Of a stretch of DNA of 64,000 nt, positions 36,401 to 47,500 are shown one piece after another. Each line of letters opens with the position of its first letter. Within the stretch, counting starts at the first letter, position 1. The stretch is taken from positions 1 through 64,000 of the forward strand of contig NIVC01000965.1 in the NCBI GenBank assembly GCA_002269645.1, given 5' to 3'. A program made the position numbers and the translations under genes. The notes beneath the pieces are model-generated. The model did not search any database. It was not told where the DNA came from and saw only the letters and a list, made by a program, of their open reading frames with translations. Source of the stretch: Macrostomum lignano. Lineage: Eukaryota.

Positions 36401-39400
36401 TTCCCTGATTGGTTCTCTCAACCCCCACGGGCCTCGGGGAGGTTTATGATTTGTACCCGGGGGTAGAGGGGCGGTCGGCCCCAGCATGGTTGCCACGGCT
36501 CTAGGCCTTCGGGCCATCTCTAATAGGCTATGGGGCCTTCTAACCTGGTTTTTGGGCACGGGCTCCTGACTGGTTCGTCGAACCGCTACTGTCCCCCGGG
36601 GAGGTTTGGTTTTTCTGATACTGCCCTGTACAGTCCTCTATAGTCTAATTTGGCTTTTAGTGTACATTAGTACACTCCCAATCTGGAACTTATTTATCTC
36701 TAGTGGCGTAAGAGCCTTTTTACTTAGGCTGAGGCGCCGGAAGCACTTATCATAGTCATAGTCATAGACAAGAGCACAGATAAGCAATTGTCGCTGGGCA
36801 CAAGATAAGGGCCTTTCGAGGTCTGCCAGGTTAGAGTCTGCGGGCTCGACGCGGGTTCCTGGCTGAAATCGTCCCCGCGCCTGAGTGACAATGCAGGATA
36901 GGTTATCCACAGTGTGGGACCTGAGCATCGATTCACCGTGTGGATCTAACTTGGGCGCCGCTCTGACTCTCTTCGGCAAGTTTTTTTTTTCGAATTAGGT
37001 TTGTAAAAGCTTTCACGATTTCACAGGTCTACTTATCTGGGTATATCCCACCATCTAGTCTCTGTATTTCCTGCCTTTATTACTTACTATTGATTGAACT
37101 ACTCTTAGTAGCCTGGTGTGAAATTTTATTCAAAATCCTCGAATCCGTAAGAAATCGGATAGGCAATTTTTTTCTAGACAATGTAGACAATGTAATTGTC
37201 TACTCCCTTCCTCTCCTCCCTCTCGTCCTCTTCTTTTGAGGCGACCCTAACTGTTTCCTAGAAGCGCCGTAAATTAAGCAGCAAAACTCCGATCTCCCAC
37301 CGCAGGCCTCCATGTTCAGCTGGCCGCGTCTGAAGGCGGCGGATCCCCTGCTACGCTGCGAGATGAGCAGCACCGGCGAGGTGGCCTGCTACGGCTCCAA
37401 CCTGTACACCGCCTTCCTCAAAGCGCTGCAGTCTACCGGGTTCAGAGTGCCGCCTAAGGGCTCCAGCATTCTTATTGGCGTGCAGAAAGAATTTCAGGTT
37501 TGATTGATGATGTGTCATGCTTTTAAAGCGGTAGAGTAAATCAGGAGCTAGCTAGCTAATAGTGTCCTCATTTAGCTAATAGTGAATGACCGTTAGCTGA
37601 TAGGGAATGACTCATTAGCTAATAGGGAATGACTCATTAGCTGATAGGGAATGACTCATTGGCTAATAGTGCATGACTCATTAGCTGATAGGGAATGACT
37701 CATTAGCTAATAGTGCATGACTCATTAGCTGATAGTGAATGGCTCATTAGCTAACAGTGAATGGCTCATTAGTTAATAGTGAGCTAATAGTTAATTTGTC
37801 ATTAGCTAACAGTGAATGGCTCATTAGCTAACAGAGAATGGCTCATTAGCTTACAGAGAATGGCTCATTAGCTAACAGAGAATGGCTCATTAGCTTACAG
37901 AGAATGGCTCATTAGCTAATAGTGAATGGCTCATTAGCTTACAGAGAATGGCTCATTAGCTAATAATGAATGACTCATTAGCTAATAGTGAGCTAATAGT
38001 TAATTTGTCATTAGCTAACAGTGAATGGCTCATTAGCTAACAGAGAATGACTCATTAGCTAACAGAGAATGGCTCATTAGCTGATAGTGAATGACTCATT
38101 AGCTAGTAGTGAATGACTCATTAGCTAGTAGTGAATGACTCATTAGCTAATAGTGAATGGCTCATTAGCTTACAGAGAATGGCTCATTAGCTAATAGTGA
38201 ATGACTCATTAGCTAATAGTGAGCTAATAGTTAATTTGTCATTAGCTAACAGTGAATGGCTCATTAGCTAGCTGTGAATAGCTCATTAGCTTTTAGTCCT
38301 GAATGACTCAATTTCGCTTCCCTAGGCCGTTTTCCTGCCAACCGCCAAGCGCCTGTGCGACATGGGCTACCAGCTGTACGCTACGGAGGCCACAGCCCAA
38401 TGGCTCAGCCAGAACGGCATCGAAAATGTCCGGCCTGTTGGCTGGGCGTTCGCTCAGAATATCGACAAGAATATCCCAGTGGCTACCAAGCTAGTCGAGG
38501 ACAAAGTGTTCAGTCTGGTTATCAATCTGCCTAACAATCGCAGCAAATTCTTGCAGGACAATTATCTAATTAGACGGACTGCCATTGACTCTGCCACGCC
38601 TCTGATTACTAACTTCCAGGTGTGTGGCTTGTTTGGGATTGCCTTTGCACAGGTTAACATGTCTTGTATAACAAGTTAGCATGGCCTGTCTAACAGGTTA
38701 GCATGGCTTATGTAACAGGTTATCATGGCCTGTCTAACAGGTTAGCATGTCCTGTCTAACAGGTTAGCATGTCTTGTCTAACGGGTTAGCATGTCTTGTC
38801 TAACAGGTTAGCATGTCTTGTCTAACGGGTTAGCATGTCTTGTCTAACAGGTTAGCATGTCTTATGTAACAGGTTATCATGGCCTGTCTAACAGGTTAGC
38901 ATGTCCTGTCTAACAGGTTAGCATGTCCTGTCTAACGGGTTAGCATGTCTTGTCTAACAGGTTAGCATGTCCTGTCTAACAGGTTAGCATGTCCTGTCTA
39001 ACAGGTTAGCATGTCCTGTCTAACGGGTTAGCATGTCTTGTCTAACAGGTTAGCATGTCTTGTCTAACAGGTTAGCATGTCTTATGTAACAGGTTATCAT
39101 GGCCTGTCTAACAGGTTAGCATGTCCTGTCTAACAGGTTAGCATGTCCTGTCTAACGGGTTAGCATGTCTTGTCTAACAGGTTAGCATGGCTTATCTAAC
39201 AGGTTAGCATGACTTGTCTAACAGGTTAGCATGACTTGTCTAACAGGTTAGCATGACCTGTCTAACAGGTTAGCATGACCTGTCTAACTGGTTAGCATGA
39301 CCTGTCTAACAGGTTAGCATGACCTGTCTAACAGGTTAGCATGACCTGTCTAACAGGTTAGCATGACCTGTCTAACAGGTTAGCATGACCTGTCTAACAG

Positions 39401-39707
39401 GTTAGCATGACCTGTCTAACAGGTTAGCATGACCTGTCTAACAGGTTAGCATGACCTGTCTAACAGGTTAGTGTTCCTATGTAGCACGCAGTCAGCAAAG
39501 CCTATATATTAATAGCTTCAAAAACAGGTAATGAAATAACCAATGCGTTCGCAAGCTTCAATTATTAACCAACTGCCCCCCCCCCCTGATCAGGTGTGCG
39601 CCCTTCTAGTGGAGGCGCTGAGCCACCTGGACAGCGTGAAGCCGGAGAGCCTGTATCATTACCGCAGCCGGCTGGCCCCCGTCTCCGAGCCGGCTCCGGT
39701 TGCCTAG
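21469..39707 (+). CDS. CPS1: Mitochondrial carbamoyl-phosphate synthetase (CPS1/CPS III type, not CAD); exons 21469-21867, 23004-23212, 23569-23798, 24699-25334, 26203-26576, 27221-27686, 28296-28899, 29512-29951, 30209-30511, 31622-31885, 37306-37497, 38326-38619, 39594-39707; about 1510 aa after correcting eight -1 frameshifts
   Basis: Arg/Leu/Ser-rich N-terminal presequence; [31 protein letters not shown]; GATase FGICCGNQ and AQFHPE; [25 protein letters not shown]; two ATP-grasp domains; MGS-like domain; stop at 39705-39707 with no DHOase/ATCase. GT-AG introns, phases consistent once single missing bases are restored. Confidence 0.93.
21915..22945. repeat. 23-bp minisatellite GTGTCTCATGGGTGTCTTAGTGA (CPS intron 1)
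   Basis: Read directly. Confidence 0.95.
23900..24590. repeat. 24-bp minisatellite GTGTCCAAATCAGTGACCAATTTA (CPS intron 3)
   Basis: Read directly. Confidence 0.94.
25377..25720 (+). mobile_element. tRNA-derived SINE with CORE-like central domain, copy 1 (CPS intron 4)
   Basis: A box TAGCCTAGTGG, B box GGTTCGATTC, CORE-like GTGTCCTTGAGCAAGACACTCAAC..CAGCTGTAAAATGGGT, (ATT)n-like tail; colinear with the copy at 56346. Confidence 0.82.
25722..26135. repeat. 23-bp minisatellite AGATTCTTAACTTGGGAGTGCTC (CPS intron 4)
   Basis: Read directly; abuts the SINE tail. Confidence 0.9.
26775..27088. repeat. 18-bp minisatellite GGGGTCACAGGGGTGCTA (CPS intron 5)
   Basis: Read directly; reverse complement of the intron 6 unit apart from 2 positions. 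Confidence 0.94.
27693..28225. repeat. 18-bp minisatellite TGGCATCCCTGTGACCCC (CPS intron 6)
   Basis: Read directly; starts about 6 nt after the donor. Confidence 0.95.
28923..29445. repeat. 30-bp minisatellite GGATGAGGTAGCATGTACCAGAGGACATTG (CPS intron 7)
   Basis: Read directly. Confidence 0.93.
30560..31490. repeat. 28-bp minisatellite GGATCTGGGAGGCTGGCCCAGCAACTGA (CPS intron 9)
   Basis: Read directly. Confidence 0.95.
32254..35043 (+). mobile_element. Internally deleted P-element/THAP9-type DNA transposon in CPS intron 10
   Basis: Perfect 20-bp TIRs CACAGACCATATAGAATATA (32254-32273, 35024-35043); 8-bp TSD GTTGCACC/GTTGCACT (32246-32253, 35044-35051); subterminal inverted motif TCGATCGATATGTG; frameshifted transposase remnants [42 protein letters not shown] (about 32834-32985) and [28 protein letters not shown] (34651-34770). 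Confidence 0.85.
33155..34650. repeat. 35-bp minisatellite GCAGCTGTTAGCACAGGTATTGAGTCACACAAGCT, about 43 near-identical copies inside the P-like element
   Basis: Read directly. Confidence 0.97.
37550..38300. repeat. 22-bp minisatellite GCTAATAGTGAATGACTCATTA (CPS intron 11)
   Basis: Read directly. Confidence 0.93.
38650..39472. repeat. 22-bp minisatellite GTTAGCATGTCCTGTCTAACAG (CPS intron 12)
   Basis: Read directly. Confidence 0.95.
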
Positions 39708-40499
39708 GCAACCAAACTCGACGCTGCCCTTAGTAACCGGCTTTATTTAACTGTTTTGTTTCGTCTCTTCTAAGACATATATAACAGTTACAGTACGCGA
39801 AATCTCGTTTTTCTATACATATCGGCAGAGTTTAATCTAGTCTTATATATATTAAATATCGCCGATATGTATCGATAGAGCTCATAATTTAAACTCGGCA
39901 ATAGCGTCTCACTGGTGAACAGGAAATTCCGAATTTTGGTGTAGCTTGTATTTTTTTATATTGAAATTGGCACCTTTTTTTAAAGCGAAATTTAGAGTCA
40001 CGTGACAGGTTAATTACCTTTAGGTGATGGTTGATTTTCTTTTTTAACATTCTTTTAAGGCCAATCATTACGGTCTTTGATAGAGAGCTTTCTTAATTGA
40101 TGAATCTCCTTCCTTATAGCCCCAATTGCAATGCTTATTTAATGAACTCCAAAAAATCATTTTTTGCCTCTGCTGCTAGTCTGTTTTACTTTTAATTTTA
40201 TCTTCGTTTTTTAATTTTTATCCATATTGGTGCTTAGCAATAATTATCTGGTCTTACAGTGCGACATGCTCTCTCCACTTCTTCTTCCATCTGTTTTCCT
40301 CAGGCAGGATTGCTTTTGGTGATTGATTTGCCTTTTTACTATATTTACTACTTATTTTAAGAAGTAGTCACTTTTAAAGCAATATTAACTTTTTTGCTTA
40401 ACAACAATACATCTATTGAGCCTGGATTATTTCTGCTGCAGAATTCTGCTTAAATGTTAATCTGACCTGCTCTTATTGTTGATTTTTTTGCTGTAGATT

Positions 40500-40930
40500 A
40501 TCTGGGAGGCTGGCCCAGCAACTGGGGATCTGGGAGGATAGCCCAGCAACTGGGGATCTGGGAGGCTGGCCCAGCAACTGGGGATCTGGGAGGCTGGCCC
40601 AGCAACTGGGGATCTGGGAGGCTGGCCCAGCAACTGGGGATCTGGGAGGCTGGCCCAGCAACTGGGGATCTGGGAGGCTGGCCCAGTAACTGAGGATCTG
40701 GGAGGCTGGCCCAGCAACTGAGGATGTGGGAGGCTGGCCCAGCAACTGAGGATCTGGGAGGCTGGCCCAGCAACTGAGGATGTTGGAGGCTGGCCTAGCA
40801 ACTGAAGATCTGGGAGGCTGGCCCAGCAACTGAGGATCTGGGAGGCTGGCCCAGCAACTGGGGATCTGGGAGGGCGATGGCCCAGCAACTGGGGATCTGG
40901 GAGACTGGCCCAGCAACTGGGGATCTGGGA
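40500..40930. repeat. Second array of the 28-bp GGATCTGGGAGGCTGGCCCAGCAACTG(A/G) minisatellite (CPS-NWD intergenic)
   Basis: Same unit and orientation as 30560-31490. Confidence 0.95.
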
Positions 40931-41156
40931 GGGAGACATCTTAGCCTAAGGATCTTGAAAGTTGGTGTTTGCATCTCAGTTTAATGTTCTTAGTCGAATG
41001 CCACCCTAACAGGAGCATATGATATGCCTATCACGAGACTATGATATGCCTACTTTCAGTAGCAGTGAGTTATAGCCAGCAATGTTTTCGCTGTAGCATA
41101 GAGCATCATCTGTGATTGCTTTGCACGTTTCTGCAACAGGAAAAGCCGCGCTGCTT

Positions 41157-41190
<34 letters not shown>

Positions 41191-41596
41191 TTCTCTGCTC
41201 TGCACTGAGCAGCCATGAGGCCCTTGCGTACATCTGCTCTGTCCTCTCTCGCTCAGCATAGCGGGTAGGCTGGGGTTGGCCCAGTGTCATAGCAACCGGC
41301 AGCGCACGCACTGCTCTTCTCTGCCTGTCTCTCCCCCCATACCCGCCAACCCTGATTCGCGTTTTCCTGTACGCTTGCGTATTCACCCTAGGCAAATGTA
41401 CTCATCGCCCTTAGCAACAACTGAGCGGGAGAGAGAGAGACGCCGGTAGAACACATAGCTAGCAATACTGTTGAAATTAAGGTACGAATAACTTGTATCA
41501 CCTATAATTTACTTCGGTGTCTTAGCGTGGGATAATCGTCAAGAATTATCCCCTATAAGTCGGTCTACAGGTAGAATCTCCCCCCCCTCGTGAGCC

Positions 41597-44500
41597 ATGG
41601 AGCAAGGTTTCGTCCAGCTGTGCAGCGGCCGGCTGCCTCTGTCGAGCCTGCCAACAGTCAGTCCGCGAAGCATCACGTTCTGCATCATATCGGCATTCTC
41701 GGGTGAGTGGGTTAAATTGTACCATGCATTTGGATTGGTTACCATAGATTACCATAGACTATGTATCCTTTTGCATTCTATTTAGATATAGTCAGCAGCT
41801 TGGACAGACAGTCACTACGGGACTTAAGGTGCCATAGACTGTTTAGCTAGCTCTGTCCAATGCAGCTTGTACAGACAGTCACTCTGGGACTGAGGCTACC
41901 ATAGACTATTTAGCTAGCTCTGTCCAATGCAGCTTGTACAGACAGTCACTCTGGGACTGAGGCTACCATAGACTATTTAGCTAGCTCTGTCCAATGCAGC
42001 TTGTACAGACAGTCACTCTGGGACTGAGGCTACCATAGACTATTTAGCTAGCTCTGTCCAATGCAGCTTGTACAGACAGTCACTCTGGGACTGAGGCTAC
42101 CATAGACTATTTAGCTAGCTCTGTCCAATGCAGCTTGTACAGACAGTCACTCTGGGACTGAGGCTACCATAGACTATTTAGCTAGCTCTGTCCAATGCAG
42201 CTTGTACAGACAGTCACTCTGGGACTGAGGCTACCATAGACTATTTAGCTAGCTCTGTCCAATGCAGCTTGTACAGACAGTCACTCTGGACTGAGGCTAC
42301 CATAGACTATTTAGCTAGCTCTGTCCAATGCAGCTTGTACAGACAGTCACTCTGGGACTGAGGCTACCATAGACTATTTAGCTAGCTCTGTCCAATGCAG
42401 CTTGTACAGACAGTCACTCTGGGACTGAGGCTACCATAGACTATTTAGCTAGCTCTGTCCAATGCAGCTTGTACAGACAGTCACTCTGGGACTGAGGCTA
42501 CCATAGACTATTTAGCTAGCTCTGTCCAATGCAGCTTGTACAGACAGTCACTCTGGGACTGAGGCTACCATAGACTATTTAGCTAGCTCTGTCCAATGCA
42601 GCCATAGGCTATTCAACTTTTTACAATGTGCCCTTTACATTTTCAAGTAATTTTTATTCGTTTTCAGATTTTGAAAAGGAGCGCGAAGTTCTCAGAAACG
42701 AGGCCTATCCACGGCTGTACGAGTACTTCAGAAACACCTACGGATTGCAGTTTCGAGTGAGTTTAAATTGAGAATTTATTCTTAGAAACCTGACTTTTAT
42801 GTCATATAAATTCCTGATTGCTTTTTTGTTAACCCAGGGCGTGGACATCAAACTAGGCCTTGAAAAGGTCAACTATGACGAGCTGGACTATTGGGATTTG
42901 TTTCACGACATCAAGCGAAAGTTTGCTTTCGCTTCGCACGATTCTGTGCCAGTGGTGAGTTGTCACATTCTGTGCCAGTGGGGTGAGTTGTCACATTCTG
43001 TGCCAGTGGTGAGTTGTCACATTCTGTGCCAGTGGGGTGAGTTGTCACATTCTGTGCCAGTGGTGAGTTGTCACATTCTGTGCCAGTGGTGAGTTGTCAC
43101 ATTCTGTGCCAGTGGTGAGTTGTCACATTCTGTGCCTGTGGTGAGTTGTCACATTCTGTGCCTGTGGTGAGTTTTCAGTTGTCAATCTTGAGTTGTTATC
43201 ATGTTGCTGAAAGTCCCAATATAATTAGTTCCCGTTCTTGAATGTTTTTATCAAGATTCATATCAGTAAAAGGCTCTACACCTACTAAAAGTAGTTTAAA
43301 AATAAATGAGAGAATTTAACATAGTTTTGCGAAGAAACAGCAAGCAGACAGATGGCACAGACGGATGTCCTTAAGCCAATTTGGAGTCCCAGTTACCGAT
43401 CCTCTGAGCACTCGGCTTAGTCCGCAGAAAAATTCACTCGATTTGATTGGAAATAGATTCATTTCTGAGAATTAAGATTGTTTCCAGCTAACAGTTGTTC
43501 CGTCTTGTTAAATGAACAATGAAAAATGAACAATTGTTATGAATTTGTAACTTCCTTAAAGGGTAGCTCAGTCTGCTAAAAACAGACTTTTAAAACAAAA
43601 TTGAACGAATTGACTGCAATTTATAAATCGGAGGCACCTAAATCCTCTCTCAAGGGAGAAGTCATATAAAGCCTAAGATATCCCTCTGAAATCCCATTGA
43701 AATCCCGCTGAAATGCCACTGAAATTCTACTGACATATCACTGAAATCCTCACCTTTCACTGAACTGCAATTTCCACCTGAAGCAACTGAAATCCCCACC
43801 TGAAGCTACTGAAATCCCTATCTGAAGCTACTGATATCCCCACCTGAAGCTATTGAAATCCCCATCTGAAGCTACTGAAATCGCCACCTGAAGCAACTGA
43901 AATCCCCACCTGAAGCTATTGAAATCCCCACCTGAAGCTACAGAAATCCCCACCTGAAGCAACTGAACCCTCCACCTGAAGCAACTGAAATCCCCACCTG
44001 AAGCTACTGAAATCCCCACCTGAAGATACTGAAATCCCCACCTGAAGCAACTGAACCCTCCACCTGAAGCAACTGAACTCTCCACCTGAAGCAACTGAAA
44101 TCCCACCTGAAGCAACTGAACTCCCATCTGAAGCTACTGAAATCCCCACCTGAAGCTACTGAAATCCCCACCTGAAGCTACTGAAATCCCTACCTGAAGC
44201 TACTGAAATCCCCACCTGAAGCTACTGAAATCCCCACCTGAAGCTACTGAAATCCCACCTGAAGCTACTGAAATCCCACCTGAAGCTACTGAAATCCCTA
44301 CCTGAAGCTACTGAAATCCCCACCTGAAGCTACTGAAATCCCCACCTGAAGCTATTGAAATCCCCACCTGAAGCTACAGAAATCCCCACCTGAAGCAACT
44401 GAACCCTCCACCTGAAGCAACTGAAATCCCCACCTGAAGCTACTGAAATCCCACCTGAAGCTACTGAAATCCCCACCTGAAGCTACTGAAATCCCCACCT

Positions 44501-47500
44501 GAAGCTACTGAAATCCCCACCTGAAGCTACTGAAATCCCTACCTGAAGCTACTGAAATCCCTACCTGAAGCTACTGAAATCCCACCTGAAGCTACTGAAA
44601 TCCCCACCTGAAGCTACTGAAATCCCCACCTGAAGCTACTGAAATCCCCACCTGAAGCTACTGAAATCCCCACCTGAAGCTACTGAAATCCCCACCTGAA
44701 GCTACTGAAATCCCCACCTGAAGCTACTGAAATCCCCACCTGAAGCTACTGAAATCCCCACCTGAAGCTACTGAAATCCCCACCTAAAGCTACTGAAATC
44801 CCCACCTGAAGCTACTGAAATCCCCACCTGAAGCTACTGAAATCCCCACCTGAAGCTACTGAAATCCCCACCTGAAGCTACTGAAATCCCCACCTGAAGC
44901 TACTGAAATCCCCACCTGAAGCTACTGAAATCCCCACCTAAAGCTACTGAAATCCCCACCTGAAGCTACTGAAATCCCCACCTGAAGCTACTGAAATCCC
45001 CACCTGAAGCTACTGAAATCCCCACCTGAAGCTACTGAAATCCCCACCTGAAGCTACTGAAATCCCCACCTAAAGCTACTGAAATGCCCACCTGAAGCTA
45101 CTGAAATCCCCACCTAAAGCTACTGAAATCCCCACCTGAAGCTACTGAAATCCCCACCTAAAGCAACTGAACTCCCCACCTAAAGCAGTCAATTTCCCCC
45201 CTCAGATTCTCCTCGGCCAAAAGTTCGGCCTGCCGCTGCTGCCCCGACGGCTGCCCAGCCGCGCCTTCGAGCTGATCCGCGCCACCCTGCGCGCCCACCG
45301 GAACCCGCTGACGGCGCAGTACCACATCCTAGACTCCTGGTACCGCCGCGACGAGAACGCCGAATGTCCTGACGGCGACACCGAGCACGTGCTGCTTCCA
45401 GCCAGCCGCCAGCTGCCGGACATTGTCGGCGAGGATCCCGAAGCCAAAGCGTCGGCATTAGCCGAGTGGAAATTCACGGCCAGGCTGTTGGCAAATCTGT
45501 TTAAGATCGGGGTGGGCATCTGCCTGCGGGAGGGCACCATGGACGATCAGACCGCGTTCGAGATCCTCACCTTTGGTAAGGCGAACTCTTGCGGCTGCCA
45601 TGAGGCAGTGGTTCGCTTTTGACGTCCAGAGTTAAATTAGGGCATGTCAATGGCTTCCTAATTAGTATCAATCAGCTTCTGTCTAAGAGAACGCCGGTTT
45701 CTATTAGTTACCTTTTACAGAAGCCTCAAATTTCAAATTAATGCATGCACTTCTAGACGGGTTCGGCTACCATGTCTGGCTCAGGGGAACACATGGACAC
45801 TAATGACACTAAGACATTGAGACACAGAGACACTCGACTCTATGCATTGAGACACTGGACAGTCAAGGCACTGGGGACTCCGAGATACTAAGATAATTGA
45901 AGATGCTATGGACAATGAGATACAAAGATACAAAGCACTTAAGACACTACGAGCTAAAAACACTTAACTCTAAAGGAACTCTAAAGACACTCTAAAGACT
46001 CTAAAGATACTAAAGGCACACTAAAGACACTCTAAAGACACACTAAAGACACACTAAAGACACACTAAAGACACTTTAAAGACACTCTAAAGGCACTCTA
46101 AAGACACACTAAAGACACACTACCCGGTAAAGACACTCTAAAGGCTCTAAAGGCAGTCAAGCAGCTGAAAGTCAGCCAGAGCAGATATTTTGACAATAAA
46201 TTTAAAGCAGATTTGAAATTGGCAGACCGCCAAAACGTGGTGCAGAAGAGAGCAACCAACTCTGCCTGAGGGGCTGCAAGCAGTTTAGAAGCAGTCTGAG
46301 CGGAAAGCCAGTTGAGAAGAAGCGAGAATCCCCAGCCCAGCTCAGCGCTGGGCGAGAGCAAACCGGAGCAGACAAGAGACGAGAGGACAGCGAGATGACA
46401 TAAAAGCCTGAAGAAGGATGTCTTATAGACAAAATCCTGGCCTGATCTCGCACAAAGCTTGCCCACCCATATAATCTATTTGGTCAGTTGGGTGCAGAGA
46501 AATCTCCTCAGCTAATATCCTGTCTCGCGCAGCTCTTTAAGAGGAAGTTTTTAATCCGGTGGAAGACATAAAAATATGATTCCAGCGCTGCGAATTCCAG
46601 GCTTAAAAGGGATTAAACCTGCCGCTCTGTTATCCCAATATTAATCAGTTCGATTAGTATTTAACAGTTTCCCATGTCTCTTCAGAAATTCAGAAATTCA
46701 AACCAAGAGACGATGGAATTTGCATGGCATGTTTGCAAATTTTGTCTTAGAGACTGTTTCGCTGTTCAGACATTGTTTGATTCAGAATTTCAGTCAGATG
46801 GATCTTAGCCATCTACTTAAAGCTTGAGAAAGTGCACCAGATAGATCTAAAGGTCTAGAGACTTAGAGGCTTAGACAGCTACTACATGTAGATCTAGAGG
46901 CTGTCAGTTACATCTAAAGGCTGTCAGTGTTAATAATAAGGTTGTCAGCTCTACAATGTCAGTTAGACCTAGAGACTGTCAGCTTGATCTAGAGGCTGCT
47001 ATTTAGATATAGAGACTATCAGTTATACATAGAGATTATAGATTTACATCTAGAGACAGTCAGTTAGATCTAAAGGGCGTCTATTAAATCTAGAGACTGT
47101 CACTTAGATCTAAAGGTGATCAGTTAAATCTCTAGAGACTGTCAGATTTAGAGACTGTCTATTGTATCTGGACACTGTCAGTTAGTTACAAAAAGCTTGG
47201 AGAAACCCTATGTAGATCTAAAGATTCAAATCGCGCTAAATCCAGTCTTGCAGAAGCTCAGATAGACACCATGCAGTGTCTAAAAACGAGTCCATGAAGC
47301 TGGGTAGTGGAATTAATCAGCCTTTGCAAGTCAGTATACAATGCAGCAGTGGTGAACACGAATCGATATAGTTGCTTTTATTCTTAGTACCTGCTTCGCT
47401 TACTTTGTATTGCATATTTCTAACATAGTTCTGTCGAAAATTTCTCCAAACTAGCAAGCCCCAGTCTCTGTATGCATTTATTAATTAAAACGTTACAGCA

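Noticed and set aside
21469-39707. CAD trifunctional gene
   Set aside because: The frame ends after the MGS-like domain; presequence and NAG-site residues point to CPS1/CPS III.
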